Source: Eledone cirrhosa | Taxonomy: Eukaryota | Assembly: GCA_964016885.1 (NCBI GenBank) | Contig: OZ024740.1 | Coordinates: forward strand, 243,660,001 to 243,724,000 | Length of the DNA: 64,000 nucleotides | Direction: 5' to 3' | Shown: one piece after another, positions 49,591 to 62,285 of the stretch | Numbering within the stretch: position 1 is the stretch's first letter | Layout of the letters: every line of letters starts with the position of its first letter | Program-made: the position numbers and the translations under genes | Notes under the pieces: model-generated | Databases searched by the model: none | What the model was told of the DNA's origin: nothing | The model's input: the letters and a program-made list of their open reading frames with translations, nothing else

Positions 49591-49922
49591 TGGAGGCACA
49601 TGGCTTAGTGGTTAGAGCATTGGCCTTGCAATCGAAAGGTTGTGAGTTCAATTCTCAGACCGGGTGATGTGTTGTTTCCTTGAGCAAGACACTTTATTTC
49701 ACATTGCTCCAGTTTACTCAGCTGTAGAAATGAGATGATAGGGACTGGGGTCCCTATCATTCCACTGAGAAGTGGACGTATAGGTGCCACGGCAAAAAAG
49801 CACCCAGCACTCACTGTAAATGAGGTTGGTGTTAGGAAGGGCATCCAGCTGTAGAAATCAAGCCAGAATCAGTTCCCGTCCCACCCTTGCAAGCAGGGAA
49901 AAGCAGACGTAAAATGAAATGA
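49591..49922 (+). mobile_element. tRNA-head SINE (second family)
   Basis: A box TGGCTTAGTGG, B box GAGTTCAATTC, central CCTTGAGCAAGACACTT, tail shared with fragments at 44.4, 45.5 and 54.4 kb. Confidence 0.75.
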
Positions 49923-50023
49923 TGATGTGTGTATATATACATATATTTACATCTACACACACATCACACACATATATATATAGACATACATATATATATA
50001 CATATATATATATACATATATAT

Positions 50024-50055
<32 letters not shown>

Positions 50056-50477
50056 GTTTGCATCTATATACAAATATATGTGTGTATATATATGTGTGTG
50101 TCTAGTTTTATTGCTTGTTGTGCTGGCGGTTGGGGGCTAATCACTGAGAATATGAGAATATGAACAGAAGAGACTTCTTGTGTGTGTGCCTGTATATATA
50201 AATTTATACATACATATATATATGTGTATGTGTGTATGTATGTTCTTTTGGTTTTATAATTTCACAAATTTTTACCAATAGAGAAAGAGTCGGTTTCTAA
50301 CATAGATACAAGACTCTCTCACTGGAATTTACACATCATCAACTAGGTAGATATGTATGTATGTCAGCATGCATGTGTGTGTAGGTATGGATGTTATTGT
50401 ATGTGTGGATGTGGATGTTTTGAGTTATATGTGTGCAGGCGCATATGTGTTGTATCTGTACATGTGTATAAGCAGTT

Positions 50478-51258
50478 ATTAGATGAAGAACTTTTGGAAT
50501 ATTTTACATATTTTTACTGTTCCATTAATGGATTGTACTTGTAATTTCCTAACTAGTCGTGTTCTTTCTGTTTCTGTGAAGCCCAGCTTCTCAAGATTTG
50601 TACTGAGGCAGTTACTAACATATCCCAGTGCCCCAATAATCACAGGCATAAATCTGAAGGTATAGTCCGAGTGGAGTATCTGCAGATTTCTCATTAGTTC
50701 TGCATAAATATTCTCCTTTTTGCTAATCTATAATATTATATTGGCATCTGCTTGACAGCTAACTTCTACTACTAAGCATGTCTTCTTTTCTCTGTCCCAT
50801 ATCATTATATCGGGTCTGTTATGCTTGCATTTTATTGGGGTTTTGACTGAAACATTCCACTAGCACTCTTTCATATTATGTATATGTATATCTTCCACAT
50901 TGCTGTAACTTTTAATGTGTTTATTGTCAGGGTTATCTTTTCAACAGATTGCATTGTACAGTGTTTTGGTCACTACATCATGCCTCATAGGTAGATAGTA
51001 CCATGATGACATCTTTGGACGGCTGCTGATGACATGGGTGACATCTTTGATGTTAATTCTGCAGAATCTGCATTTGTTGTCGCATATAAGTGTTTTGCCT
51101 GCATCCCTATCTCTTTTGTGAATCAAGTATTTTATATTGATTTCCTGTTCTTGGATTGCAAAAGCGTATTCTTCAAAGTGGGAGCCAATATAGCGGTTGT
51201 TGGTCCAAGATAGACTACTTTGCTTATCTATATTACTCTCACTTTGGAGCTTCCTGGC
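50478..51258 (-). mobile_element. R4/Dong-like non-LTR retrotransposon C-terminus (CCHC-like knuckle plus restriction-like endonuclease), decayed
   Basis: AIQEQEI...CRFC....DVTHVISS...RHD; HNRPDIMIWD; PVIIGALG. Confidence 0.8.
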
Positions 51259-51564
51259 ATGTATGTATGTATGTGTGTATATGCGCAGGGACATAGAAAT
51301 AATTGGGCTGGATACCCGATTATGTGGTTAAACCTCTGGGAGTGAAGGACCCCTAGCCTTTGTCAGGGCATTCTTCTAGGAGAAGGCAACTCAGGCAGCC
51401 ATCGTGTATGTATGTATGTATGTATGTATGTATGTATGTATGTATGTATGTATGTATGCATGAATGAATACAGTAAACTATACATTTAGTACAATGTATC
51501 ACCACTGAGTCTCACTGTTTCCAAATATTGGCTGAATTAATCAAAGCATTGAGTGGGCAAGCGA

Positions 51565-51785
51565 CCGGGTGGTGAATTGGCAGTATCAATAGAGCATCAG
51601 ACACCATGCTTCACGGCAGAGAGTTAGGGCCCTTTAAGTTCTGAGTTCAAATCCCGCCAAGTTTAGCTTTGCCTTTCATCCTTATGGGGTCAATAAAATA
51701 AAGTACCAGTGAGTACAGGGATCGACTTAATTGACTTTCCCCTCCCCTTCAAATTGCTGGGCTTGTGCCTAAAGTAGAACTCATC
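51565..51785 (+). mobile_element. SINE (related to the 46954 family)
   Basis: Shared GAGTTCAAATCCCGCC...CTTTGCCTTTCATCC...AAATAAAGTACCAGT body. Confidence 0.85.
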
Positions 51786-51818
51786 ATTATTTTTATTATT
51801 ATTATTATTATTATATAG

Positions 51819-52003
51819 GGCGGTTGATTGGCAGTATCGGTAGAGGCTCGGACGACATGCTTTGCAGCAGAGTTACGTCCCTTTATGAACTGAGTTCAAA
51901 TCCCGCTGAGGTTAACTTTGCCTTTCATCCTTACGGGGTCGATAAAATAAAGTACCAGTAATACACTGGGATATTTGCTGGCCTTGTGCCAAAATTAGAA
52001 ACA

Positions 52004-52005
<2 letters not shown>
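51819..52005 (+). mobile_element. SINE (46954 family)
   Basis: Full-length match; (ATT)n on both sides. Confidence 0.85.
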
Positions 52006-52053
<48 letters not shown>

Positions 52054-52244
52054 GGTTTGAGGTTCACCACTGTATAGAGCTGGTCTATTCCGTATGGTCA
52101 ATCGTAATGCAATAATATAGAGAGTACTCAACGTAAAGTAGTTCAACCGTCTTTGTTTTTGTAGTTGGTGGTGCTATTACGGAGTTAAATATTATAATTA
52201 AATGACAGGAGGCTGGATTTGTGTAAATCCTTGAAAGGTTTATT

Positions 52245-52302
52245 ATACTATGATCATTTCAATGACTGGGTTCCGTATGAATCCGGTGATATCATCAGGT
52301 AT
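52245..52302 (-). ncRNA. Minimal type I hammerhead ribozyme-like motif, partly decayed
   Basis: Minus strand: AUAC-CUGAUGA-[stem II, 9 of 13 bp]-GAAA-UGAUCA-UA^-GUAU; palindromic stem III AUGAUCAU. Confidence 0.55.
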
Positions 52303-52734
52303 TCGAAATATAATACGTGAATGTAATAGATAAAATCCATGGGGCTGAAAATCGAGGACCCGAGGGCGACCGCTATTCTGTTCCTTCAATATATATATAT
52401 ATGTGTGTGTTGGATAGAATGATTTATGGTATTTGTTCTGGCTCTCTGCTCTCTGAGTTCAAATCCCGCTGAGGTCATCTTTACTTTTCATTCTTTTGAG
52501 GTTGATAAAAAAATAATACCAGTTTAGTACTGGGTACGATTCTTCCTCTATATCTCTTTCTCACTTCCTCTCTCTCACTTTCTATCTTTCTCTGGAAGAA
52601 ATCTGCTGTACTCAGGCCTGGAGTGGGATGGGCTCTGTCAGGCTTAAGATGCCCAAGAAACACTGTATACAGCACCCCTACGACTCTATCAGGAGTTACA
52701 TGACCATTCATCCAGCCATATATATATGTATATG

Positions 52735-52855
52735 TGAAAAGAGTCAGGACCCCGACGGCTGAGCTCCAGCCATTTCCACAGCTTCATCTGAACTCAGTTT
52801 GGATCTAGCTGTCGGAATGGTCGGAGCTCAGCTATCGGGGTCCTGATTCTTTTCA
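52735..52855. repeat. Near-spacerless imperfect palindrome, ~60-bp arms
   Basis: TGAAAAGAGTCAGGACCCCGACGGCTGAGCTCC... pairs with ...GGAGCTCAGCTATCGGGGTCCTGATTCTTTTCA. Confidence 0.9.
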
Positions 52856-52928
52856 TATTACCCACTCTACTACCCTAAATATTGAGTACTCTGCTGCGTT
52901 ATGGTCCACCTGGTATGTTACCACACCC

Positions 52929-52968
<40 letters not shown>

Positions 52969-53129
52969 AATCAGGAAAGAAGGTTTACATGGTTTGCTGT
53001 ACAAAAAAGTTTTAATCACATAGCTTACATTTGTTTCACCGAAGCCAAGCGTTAATATCATCCACTACCTGGAATACCATAACTGGACTTCACCTAAGTG
53101 GACTGCATTTAACTATTATTTGTTAATCC

Positions 53130-53262
<133 letters not shown>

Positions 53263-53267
53263 AATAT

Positions 53268-54320
53268 CTTCTACTTCTTCACCCACTTATTCTTGAAAGA
53301 GTCGTAGAGGAAGAGTCCTCAAATACTCCTTCCAGTGGGTCCCATCAGAAGCAACCATCTTGAATTGATTTGGCTGGGTCCCCAAGCGTGACCAGCCAAG
53401 TTCATGGATGTTATCCAACCATCTTGCTCAGGGTCTACTCCTGGGTCTCCTGGTTTTGCAGGTAAAATATGTCCAACAATTCTTTCCTGAGATATTCTCA
53501 CCACATGCCCTGAGTATCGGAGCTGTGATCTCTCAATTCGGAGAAGTAACGGTTCTACCTGGAGTGACTCTCAGATCTCCGATTTACTCACTTTATCGAA
53601 TAACATTACTCTAAAGACCCTTCGGAGGTATCCCATTTTGGCTGCTTGTATTCGCGATTGTATTCTTTTGGTCATAACCCAAGATCATGACCATAGGTAA
53701 GGGTTGGCACAAATACTAAATTGAAGATAGTGAGTTTGGCTTTTACACCTACCTCCCTTCTTCTGATTACTGAATGCTGAAGCTGGCGCATTACTGCACC
53801 AGCTTTTGCAATTCTTGCACTTAATTCAGCCTCCTGCCATCCATCACTCGTAAACACAGCCCCAAGATACTTGAACTTCTCCATCTGCTTCAGTGGAACT
53901 CCATTCACATGTAGAGTGCACTGCACAGGTTTCTTTGAGAGGATGAGTGTCTCAGTTTTCACAGTACTGATTTTCATTCCAGCCATGCGACACTCGGCAT
54001 CAAACCTATAAAGTTCAAGTTGAAGATCACCTTCTGTTGAGTTAAGTAACACCATGTCGTCTGCAAATTCTAGCCAACTGATTTTACACCCACCAGTCAT
54101 GATACCGCTTCTAACCTGGCTGGGGCTGTCAACCCTGTTCAATGAACAGGGAGGTGACAGTACGTACCCTTGGCGGAGTCCAACTCCCACATTGAATGGT
54201 TTTGATTTAGCACCATTTACTCAGGCATTCATATAGAGACATCAGGGCAGCAAGAAGTTGACAATCAATCCCATATTCCTGTAGAACCCTCCACAGCAGG
54301 TCCCGAGAAACATGGTCATA
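53268..54320 (-). mobile_element. 5'-truncated RTE-like LINE (RT), decayed
   Basis: GVGLRQGYVLSP, LEFADD, KFKYLG, PTLTYG; GAA-type 3' tail. Confidence 0.85.
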
Positions 54321-54994
54321 TTGATCAAAGATCAATGTCCATCTTCCACACTAGCATGGGTTAGACAGGTCCCACTTAGAAGCAAGTTGGGTCGGATGAC
54401 CGAGTATCACTCATATAGGGGTATTTCTGGTTAGTTTTCTATGGCTGGATGCCCTTCCTAATGCCAACCACAATGACAGTCATATATACAGTATATATAT
54501 ATATATAAAGAAAATGACAAACACAGAGATACATAAACAATTAATGTTATTAGATTCGTGCTTTAGATGAAAGAGAGAAAAGCAGTTCAACGGAGAGTAC
54601 AAGTAGAAACAAATAAAAATAGAGAAAGGGTACATGTGAGTTTGTGTGTTGTTATTAATTCTTTGTGTGTATCGCCATATATATTGGTGGGAAGGTCTAT
54701 ACTTAGTTTGTGAAGTTGTCTAGCTGTATAAACATTGTATATGAGTGTGATTATATGTCAAAAATATAAAAGAAATGAATAAATTGGTGACAAAAAGTAT
54801 CGTTAAAATGACATGTAACTACAATGTGGACTAGCTAATTTTGAAATGAAAGAAAAATCAGTTACAGTTGTCAAGGTAACACAATAAAAGGCATAAGTGC
54901 TCTGATATATATATGGAGAGAGCGAGAGAGATGTCAAATCCTGATAGATACATGCACATAGATACAGAAATATATACATACAAATATGCAATGT

Positions 54995-55255
54995 TTGTGG
55001 TGGTGATAATGAGGTTGGTGATGACATTGCTAATGATGATATTGATACTGTTGGTGACAGTGATGTTTGGAAGAAGGCAATGAAGAACATGATGATGGTG
55101 GTGATTATGATGATTGTGTTAATGATAGTAGTAGTGGTTGTGGTGATGATGTTGATAATGTTGGTGATAGTCGAGATGAAGATGATGATGGTCATGGTGA
55201 TGTTAATGATGATGTCACTATTGTCAGTGGTGATGGTGATGATGATGACAGTGAC
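54995..55255. repeat. (GAT/GGT)n low-complexity tract
   Basis: Degenerate trinucleotide repeat; explains the overlapping spurious ORFs. Confidence 0.85.
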
Positions 55256-55699
55256 AGAGATAATGGCAGTACAAAGAAAACAGAATGAACGTTATTGTGA
55301 GAAGCCAATGAATGTTGGCACTAATATGGCAATTCCTCTGGAAACACAGATAATACTGATTATCACAATCATCACAACCACCAGCACAATCATCATCATC
55401 ATCACCATTATTTTGGCAGAATTAAAGAGAGCTTTGGATAAAATATGTTGTGACACTTATACAGGCTCTTTACCTTCTGATTTCAAATTCTGCTAAGGTG
55501 CATCTCTATGTTCCTGAGGTGTGTGCAGCAGTGTTTGTTCTTTTTGTGTATGTATATGTATGTGTATGGGGCAATGTCTTTTATATTCCTTCTATGCAAG
55601 AATGTCAGGCACTCATACCTTCTTCCCACATAACCTACATTTATTTCTTTTATCTGGATTATACATATTCTTTATCATGCTTGTGTTTAGTGCTTGACC

Positions 55700-57075
55700 C
55701 TGAGTAGCCATTAATAAAATGTTAAACTCTTTCTTAAGATCACCTTTTGTCAATCATTTCCATGAAGATTCTGCCTTTACTTCCATCATTTCTCTTTCAA
55801 ATCGACCCTGTAATTCCATACTCTTCCTCGTGTTCAGTTTCAGCTAGCAACTTCTGTTTGTAATTTTTCTTCACTTCCAATAGTTTCACTGCAAAGGAAT
55901 CTGCTTTTGGCAACATACCTTAAAAGTTCTTCTTTGCTACTGGCTAAATACAAATCTTAAGATCTGCATATACTAGCCACACAATCTTTGACACTTACAA
56001 ATCCTTGTCCTTCTATGTTCTGCAATGTATATAATCTTATAACATTAGTGTTTGGATGCAATGCACCATTGTCAACCATTTTTTTTTTGGCCTATCCAAC
56101 TTTTTTTTATTGCTTCTTTGGTTTAATTCAAAATAGCTGCACTATATCTAATAACTGGCACAGCCTTGACATTGACAGCAGTAATCAAGTTCTTCCCAAT
56201 CAATTTCATTTTCAGTAGCAGTTTTAACCTATTTAAATAGACTTCACATTTCCTTTCATCTTCTCATTTAGAACTTTGTTCAAATCCCAAATGCCCAGAT
56301 ATTTGTGCCCACTATCCTCAGTGTCACCAATTGACTCTCCATCAGGTAAATCAATCCTACTAATATGTACACACATACCTCTCTTCATAGTTAGGATGAC
56401 ACACCATCCCAATGTTCTTACAGTACCAGTGAATAGTTTTGACCAATGAGTCAACCTGAGATTCCCTGCCACAGAGCTTCTGATCATCCATGAAAAGCAG
56501 ATGATTGGTCTTAGGTCCTTTGTTTTCCATCCGATAGCCAATATCTGTATCCCATAAAACCATTGATAATGGAATCATGGCAATCACAAAGAGCAGTGGT
56601 GAGAAGGAATCTCCTTGAAATATTCCTCTTCTTATATTGACTATAGTGTTTGTCTAGGTGTTTTTCTCCCGTATACAGGTTTGTCTTCCATAAAGGCATG
56701 CTAGACTCCATTACATTCATAATATAGTCTGCTATCCCAAACATTCTCAAACATTTCAGTTCCCATGAATGTGGGACCATGTCAAAGGCTTTCTTAAAGG
56801 CTATCCAAGCCATGCATAAATTCTTTAGACATCTTTTGTAGTTATTCATGATCACTTTGTCAACAGCAAGATGGTCTTTGGTTCCCTGAAAATTATTTCT
56901 ATACTCCTTCTTCTCAACAGATAACATCTCATTCTGAAGCAAGTGATCATTCAATTTTGCAGCAAAGATGCCTGTCAACAGCTTCCAAAACACGGCCTGT
57001 AATTGCCAACTAACGGTCCTTTCATTTTATCCTTCATTATCAAAGTTGTCTTCCTTTCAACCATCCAACTTGGAA
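55700..57075 (-). mobile_element. R4/Dong-like reverse transcriptase, decayed
   Basis: WKLLTGI, GTKDHL, WIAFKKAFDMVPHSW, RGIFQGDSFSP, NHLLFMDD, KYLGI. Confidence 0.85.
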
Positions 57076-57245
57076 GCAGTATCGGTAGAGGGTCGGACGC
57101 CATGCTTTGACATATAGAGTTACGGCCCTTGCCATTCTGAGTTCAAATCCCGCAGATGTTAACTTTGCCTTTCATCCTTACGGGGTCGATAAAATAAAGT
57201 ACCAGTAATGCACTGGGTAATTGTGCCAAACGTAGAAACAATTAT
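57076..57245 (+). mobile_element. SINE (46954 family), slightly 5'-truncated
   Basis: Sequence match to the family body. Confidence 0.85.
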
Positions 57246-57299
57246 ATGATCATTTACATGCTTCCCTAGCCTTGAATGAACACATTTATTATTATTTTG

Positions 57300-59655
57300 G
57301 AGAACCATGACGGGCGCATGTTAGTCGATCCCGAGCAGATGTGTGCAGCCTTTCAGCAGCACTTCGCTCAACTGTTCGGGAGCAGTGGCGGGCCAGATCA
57401 CAGAATGGATTTTAGTCCCTACTTTGATGGCTTCCCACAGCTCTCAGCAATGGAGTGCTGTGAAAGGCCAACTGCCACTGAGATACGAGAGGCAATGACT
57501 GGCTGCGCGAGGGCTAAATTGCCTGGTTTGGATGGTCTGTCCTACAAGCTTTGTGTACACATGCCAGAGTTGTTTGGTGACCTCTTGGCAGATGTCTACT
57601 GCAATTGGCAGCAGAATGGGAGAATACCTAGTTCTGTGAGCCGAGGAAATTGGCACTGCTGAGAAAGGACCCAAACAAGGGGAATAACGTAGATAATTTC
57701 AGGCCCATAACTCTGCTGAACACAGAGTTCAAAATTTTGGCCAAGGTATTAGCAATAAGGTTGGTGATTGTCGTCGAGTGTCGGGTGGGTGAGACATGCA
57801 CCATTCCCAAGAGATCCATCCCCGACAACCTCCACCTTATGTGTTACATTGTGGAGAGGGTAGCTAAGCACCTGGCATGGGTGGGGCCCTGATCAATTTA
57901 GATGAATTGAAAGCAATCGATAGGGTCAACCAGGGCAGCTAGCTTTGGGCTCATTTGCAGAGGGTGGGTTGCTACCAGGCACAGCGACATATGCTCTGTG
58001 GTAAGAGTGAATGGTCACCTTTTGGAACCAAGATTGCGCCCTCTCGTTCTTGTTGTATATATTGACCCTGGAGACATTACTGCACAAACTGGAGACATTG
58101 AGGGGTATCACACGTGAACTGAATGCAGGAGAACCATGTCAGCTTATAGCAACGACGTCACTATAATGGCATTGAGCAGCAAACACATCGAGGCAATCAG
58201 TACTTCTCTAAGAAAATATGATGTGGTGACAGGAACAATGATTTACCAGGAAAAGTTGGTGGGGCTGCGGTTTGACACCTGGAGAGGAGGCAGGACCATA
58301 TCATCCAACAGCATTGTTGGGTGCTGGATGGATGGACTGGTTAAAGTGCTTGGGTTCTGGACCTCCAGACAGACAAAAACTGGGATGAGGTGACCTCTCT
58401 TACCCAGAAATGGGACGAGAGAAAGCTATCCTTCAAAGGTTGGGCGAAGGTGGTAAACATGTACATCACGTCCATCATCTACTACTGCCTGACCATCATG
58501 CCTTGTCCTAAGTCTCATCTAACTGCACAGTAAGATTTTCTCTCTTGCTTTTTGGGGAAGGGATGTGCTCTGATTGTCAGGTGGTCCATCTGCTATCAAC
58601 ACGCTCAGCGTGGAGGACTGGGCATGCGATGGTTGATGATGCGCAGACATGCGCTGAGGCTCTCCAGATCTTCCTCTATGGTAAACAGGTGTGGTTGCCT
58701 TTCACTAGGCATGTTTTTCCCCAGCTCATCTCCTTGACGGAGCTGCAATCCTGGATCAAGCAGAGACCGAGAGGGAGCACTTGGAAACTGGAATGTTTTC
58801 AAGTGTTCACTGTCTTTTGCCAATCGGGCCCTGCAATCGGTGGAAACTCTACCTTGCCTTTATAGAGAGTGTTAGTGGAGGGCATGAATGAAGATGTCTT
58901 TGGGGAAATTCTGGGTGTCGATGAAAGCCAACTAGCTATTCTCTTCGGGAGGACTTTGGGTCCAGGGCCAATGGATAACTTCCAGAAGTCCCTGGCCTGG
59001 CAGTGTTACCAGGGAGCGTTGCCAGTTCGAGATGAACTTTACAGGTATGGAAGTGATATCAGTCAGGCATGTTCGAGATGCGCATGGGACAACGAGACCA
59101 TCCTGCATGCACTTGTCCAGTGTCCGAGCATCGCTGACTTATGGGTTTATGTCTAACATCTGCTGTCGTGTGTAGGACGGAACCAACTATCAACTGAGTC
59201 CATCGTGAAGATTGCCCCACCGTCCTCCTTTAACCAGGAATGGCAGGCATTTTTTTCTGGTGGCCATGGTGAAAGAAGTCATATGGTGGATCCGTCTGAA
59301 AGAGTTTAAGATGAGCACTTTCTTCTTCGTTGACACTCTCATTAACTTTTTCAAGTTTCACTTGGAAAGGAAAATCAGGGTAGAGAGGGAAGTGCTGCCT
59401 TTCAGCCAGTTTGTTGAAAGGTGGGTGAGAGAGGCAAGAATGGCACGTGTGAATGGGCCTATAGTATGAATGGGCCTATTGATGAGTAACCCTCGGCGAT
59501 TCCCCCCCCCCCCATTGAGGATTTTTCCTTTGTTTCCATTTTTTGGAGACATTTTTTATTTTTGTTTCCTTTACACGCAGAAACTCATATCTGTACCGTC
59601 CTGTGCTGTCCTTAATGTATTTTTTTGTAAACCCTTTGTGGTCAATAAAGAAATC
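57300..59655 (+). mobile_element. 5'-truncated Tx1/L1-clade LINE, decayed
   Basis: PGLDGL, NFRPITLLNTEFKILAKVLA, AYSND (YADD-like), CSRC....ETILHALVQC zinc finger; pyrimidine-rich 3' UTR ending AATAAA plus (ATT)n. Confidence 0.85.
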
Positions 59656-59677
59656 ATTATTATTATTATCATTAATG

Positions 59678-59862
59678 GGCGGTGGATTGGCAGTATCGGT
59701 AGAGGGTCGGACGCCATGCTTTCCAGCAAAGTTACGTCCCTTTACGATCTGAGTTCAAATCCCGCCGAGGTTGACTTTGCCTTTCATCTTTACGGGGTCG
59801 ATAAAATAAAGTACCAGTAATGCACTGGGTAATTGCTGGCCTTGTGCCTAAAGTAGAAACAA
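59678..59862 (+). mobile_element. SINE (46954 family) inserted in the LINE tail
   Basis: Full-length; ATTATTATTATCATTAAT duplicated on both sides. Confidence 0.9.
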
Positions 59863-60774
59863 TTATTATTATCATTAATATTTGGATACTGAACCAGTAG
59901 CATTGTTAGAGCATCAGACAAAATGCCTTGTGGTATCTGTTCTGTTACACAGAGAGTAATTTTCAGATGTTCAAGAGGAACATTTATTGTATTGATTTCA
60001 ACAGTTTCAGTAAGCTTAATTTTGCAAGGCAGAATAAAACAGCTTCCATGTACTGGAAGTGGGTAACTCCTTTCAAAATTCAAGGAGGTTGGAAGATTGA
60101 AAGATGTAGCATCATGTGATACATATTCAAAGGTTCCTCTTTAGTTCTTTGGGCCCCAAACTTATGTACTGACTGAAAACTCTTCTTATTGGTCCTAGGA
60201 CGCAGTCATTTCCACTTACCACCTATTTTACACCTATCATGTACCCTAATAAGTGAGGCAACTATGAAAGTAATGGTATTTCATTGTAGCTGTGTGCGAT
60301 ACACCAACTACCACAGTAACAACCAGAGCAAGTATTGTATTTGTACCTGTTGGTGAGAGTGTTACTTTCTAGTTAGAGAATCTCATATATAACTCTTAGC
60401 ATCCTGTACCACCTAGAACAGCATTAGCAAAACACTCTTGACAAGTTTTACGATGGCATCACTTTAAATGTTAGTCTTTACTGTATGTAATACTGAAAAA
60501 TTTCAGAACAATTTGTCAATTAAAAGTGTTATTATAAAGATTTAAATTAACAAGCCTGTTTTAAAATATTTTCTGCTAAATCATTATAGGATATTAAGAG
60601 CAAATAAACAAGTAAACTAAGGTGAAATGTTCGATCCTCAGCGAAGTAAATCAATATGGTTTCGATTTTTGGTTGAAAAAGAACACACACAAGACAGATA
60701 AAAACAACTTCACTTAAAATTGCTATCATACTTGGTAATGGTATGATTATACCATCATCGTACCACATACATCC

Positions 60775-60958
60775 CTAACCAGCAAGGTCTATGCAGTCGT
60801 TTGACTTGCTAGATGAAGCGACTAAATCTCCAGCCAATCCCCTTAATAAGAAGAAAGACATGTTGGATAATTTAGTTCTAGACATTCATAAAATGACGAG
60901 ACTGTCATGGCTAGAATGTCTTTGATCACAGACCTGACCTGGGGCTAAACAACAACAA
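60775..60958 (+). mobile_element. Probable SINE 3' portion with (CAA)n tail
   Basis: Ends GACCTGGGGCTAAACAACAACAA; recognised from memory as a cephalopod interspersed repeat, not verified. Confidence 0.4.
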
Positions 60959-61302
60959 TCCTGAAGTGTTATGACTATTAGATGAATTCAGTGAGTACAG
61001 CTGCAGTACAGCTTAACGAAGAGCTTGCCAGCTGCTGCTGATTCTGGAGCACATGTTCATTAGCGTAGCCGATTGTAGGCAAGTCGCCACGTTTCTTTAA
61101 TCGCTGCCGGTTTACTTTTACAGTTCATATTTCACACAAAACACCGAAAAACAAAGCTATTATAATGTGATTAAAGGGGAACGCACACAATATATTTAAA
61201 AAAGCAACAAAATAAGGCATTCGTGGAATCTTTTATATTTATTTAAAAGCAAAAGAAGAATCGTGGAAATATACAGATATTTTATAGTAAATTCCTGAAA
61301 GT

Positions 61303-61428
61303 ATGCGACGCCGGACTGCAAACGGGGAAACTACAGGGAACCAGGCACATGGAGAGAATCGATCTGATTCTCACAGCCCCCATCATCACCGCCATCATCA
61401 CCACCACCACGAACAACAGACAAACACA
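61303..61428 (+). CDS. Candidate first coding exon of an unidentified host gene (MRRRTANGETTGNQAHGENRSDSHSPHHHRHHHHHHEQQTNT)
   Basis: ATG with A at -3 and an in-frame upstream TAA; 42 codons of locally higher GC; ends at ACA|GTAAGC phase-0 donor; non-repetitive CpG-containing upstream region; intron-like AT-rich DNA follows. Confidence 0.55.
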
Positions 61429-61924
61429 GTAAGCATGGGTGCATCATCATGCATTTAATATCTCTTATATTTTACGTATTCGTAATCCCTATATTAACCC
61501 TTTCTTTTTTCTCCTGCAATCTCTAGATTGTGTATAATATAATGTTGCCTGTTTTATTTTTAGACTATCGAATTCTAATTTAGTTAGGTTTGAAATTTGT
61601 GGTTAGAGTAACCTCTTATATTTTAACGTACGAATAATACGTAGTTTATAATATATACCTACTGACCACAACTATTTCAGTTGAAACAGGTGTTCCCCCT
61701 CTTCCGTATATATATTTACATACACACACAAATATACATTGATATTAAATAAATGGAAACTATATTTATAAAACCATATTTATTTTATTATATATATTTC
61801 AAGGGTACCAACATTTTGGTACGCTATCATCAGCTAAAATACAAAATGTTTTGGCATAACCAAGGACAATATACCTTAACGGTTCAAGTTATCCCCATAT
61901 ACTCAACCGGCATACCGCCTATGG

Positions 61925-62285
61925 AAGCATCTTAGCTACCATTAGACACACATACACACATATATATATGTCTAATGGTAGCTAAGATGCTTAGGACTAG
62001 AACTGTTTCATTCCAGTGTGTGAGTGTATATTTGTGTGTGAGTGTATATATGTGTGAGTGTATATTTGTGTGTGAGTGTATATATGTGTGAGTGTATATT
62101 TGTGTGTGAGTGTATATATGTGTGAGTGTATATGTGTGTGTGAGTATATATATGTGTGTGTGAGTATATATTTATGTGTGTGAGCTTATCACTATATATA
62201 TATATAGTGATAAGCTCTCACACATACACACTTTCCTGATGATTTCCTTCGAATGAAAGAGTTCTAGTCCTGTAGAAGCCATCTC
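61925..62285. repeat. Nested inverted repeats with hammerhead-like remnant in TA/GT microsatellite
   Basis: 24-bp perfect IR (61925-61948 / 61969-61992); 21-bp IR with one mismatch (61993-62013 / 62251-62271); palindrome 62182-62217; CTGATGA at 62236. Confidence 0.8.

Noticed and set aside
53015-53105. Additional hammerhead (minus strand GAAACAAAUGUA)
   Set aside because: The CUGANGA half of the core is not recognisable.
54803-55496. Ile/Thr-, Asp/Gly- and Met/Val-rich ORFs
   Set aside because: Overlapping frames of a (GAT)n low-complexity tract.
60210-60380. Possible minus-strand exon ending at a GTAAGT donor (~60219)
   Set aside because: The frame I traced stops before the donor and no motif is recognisable.
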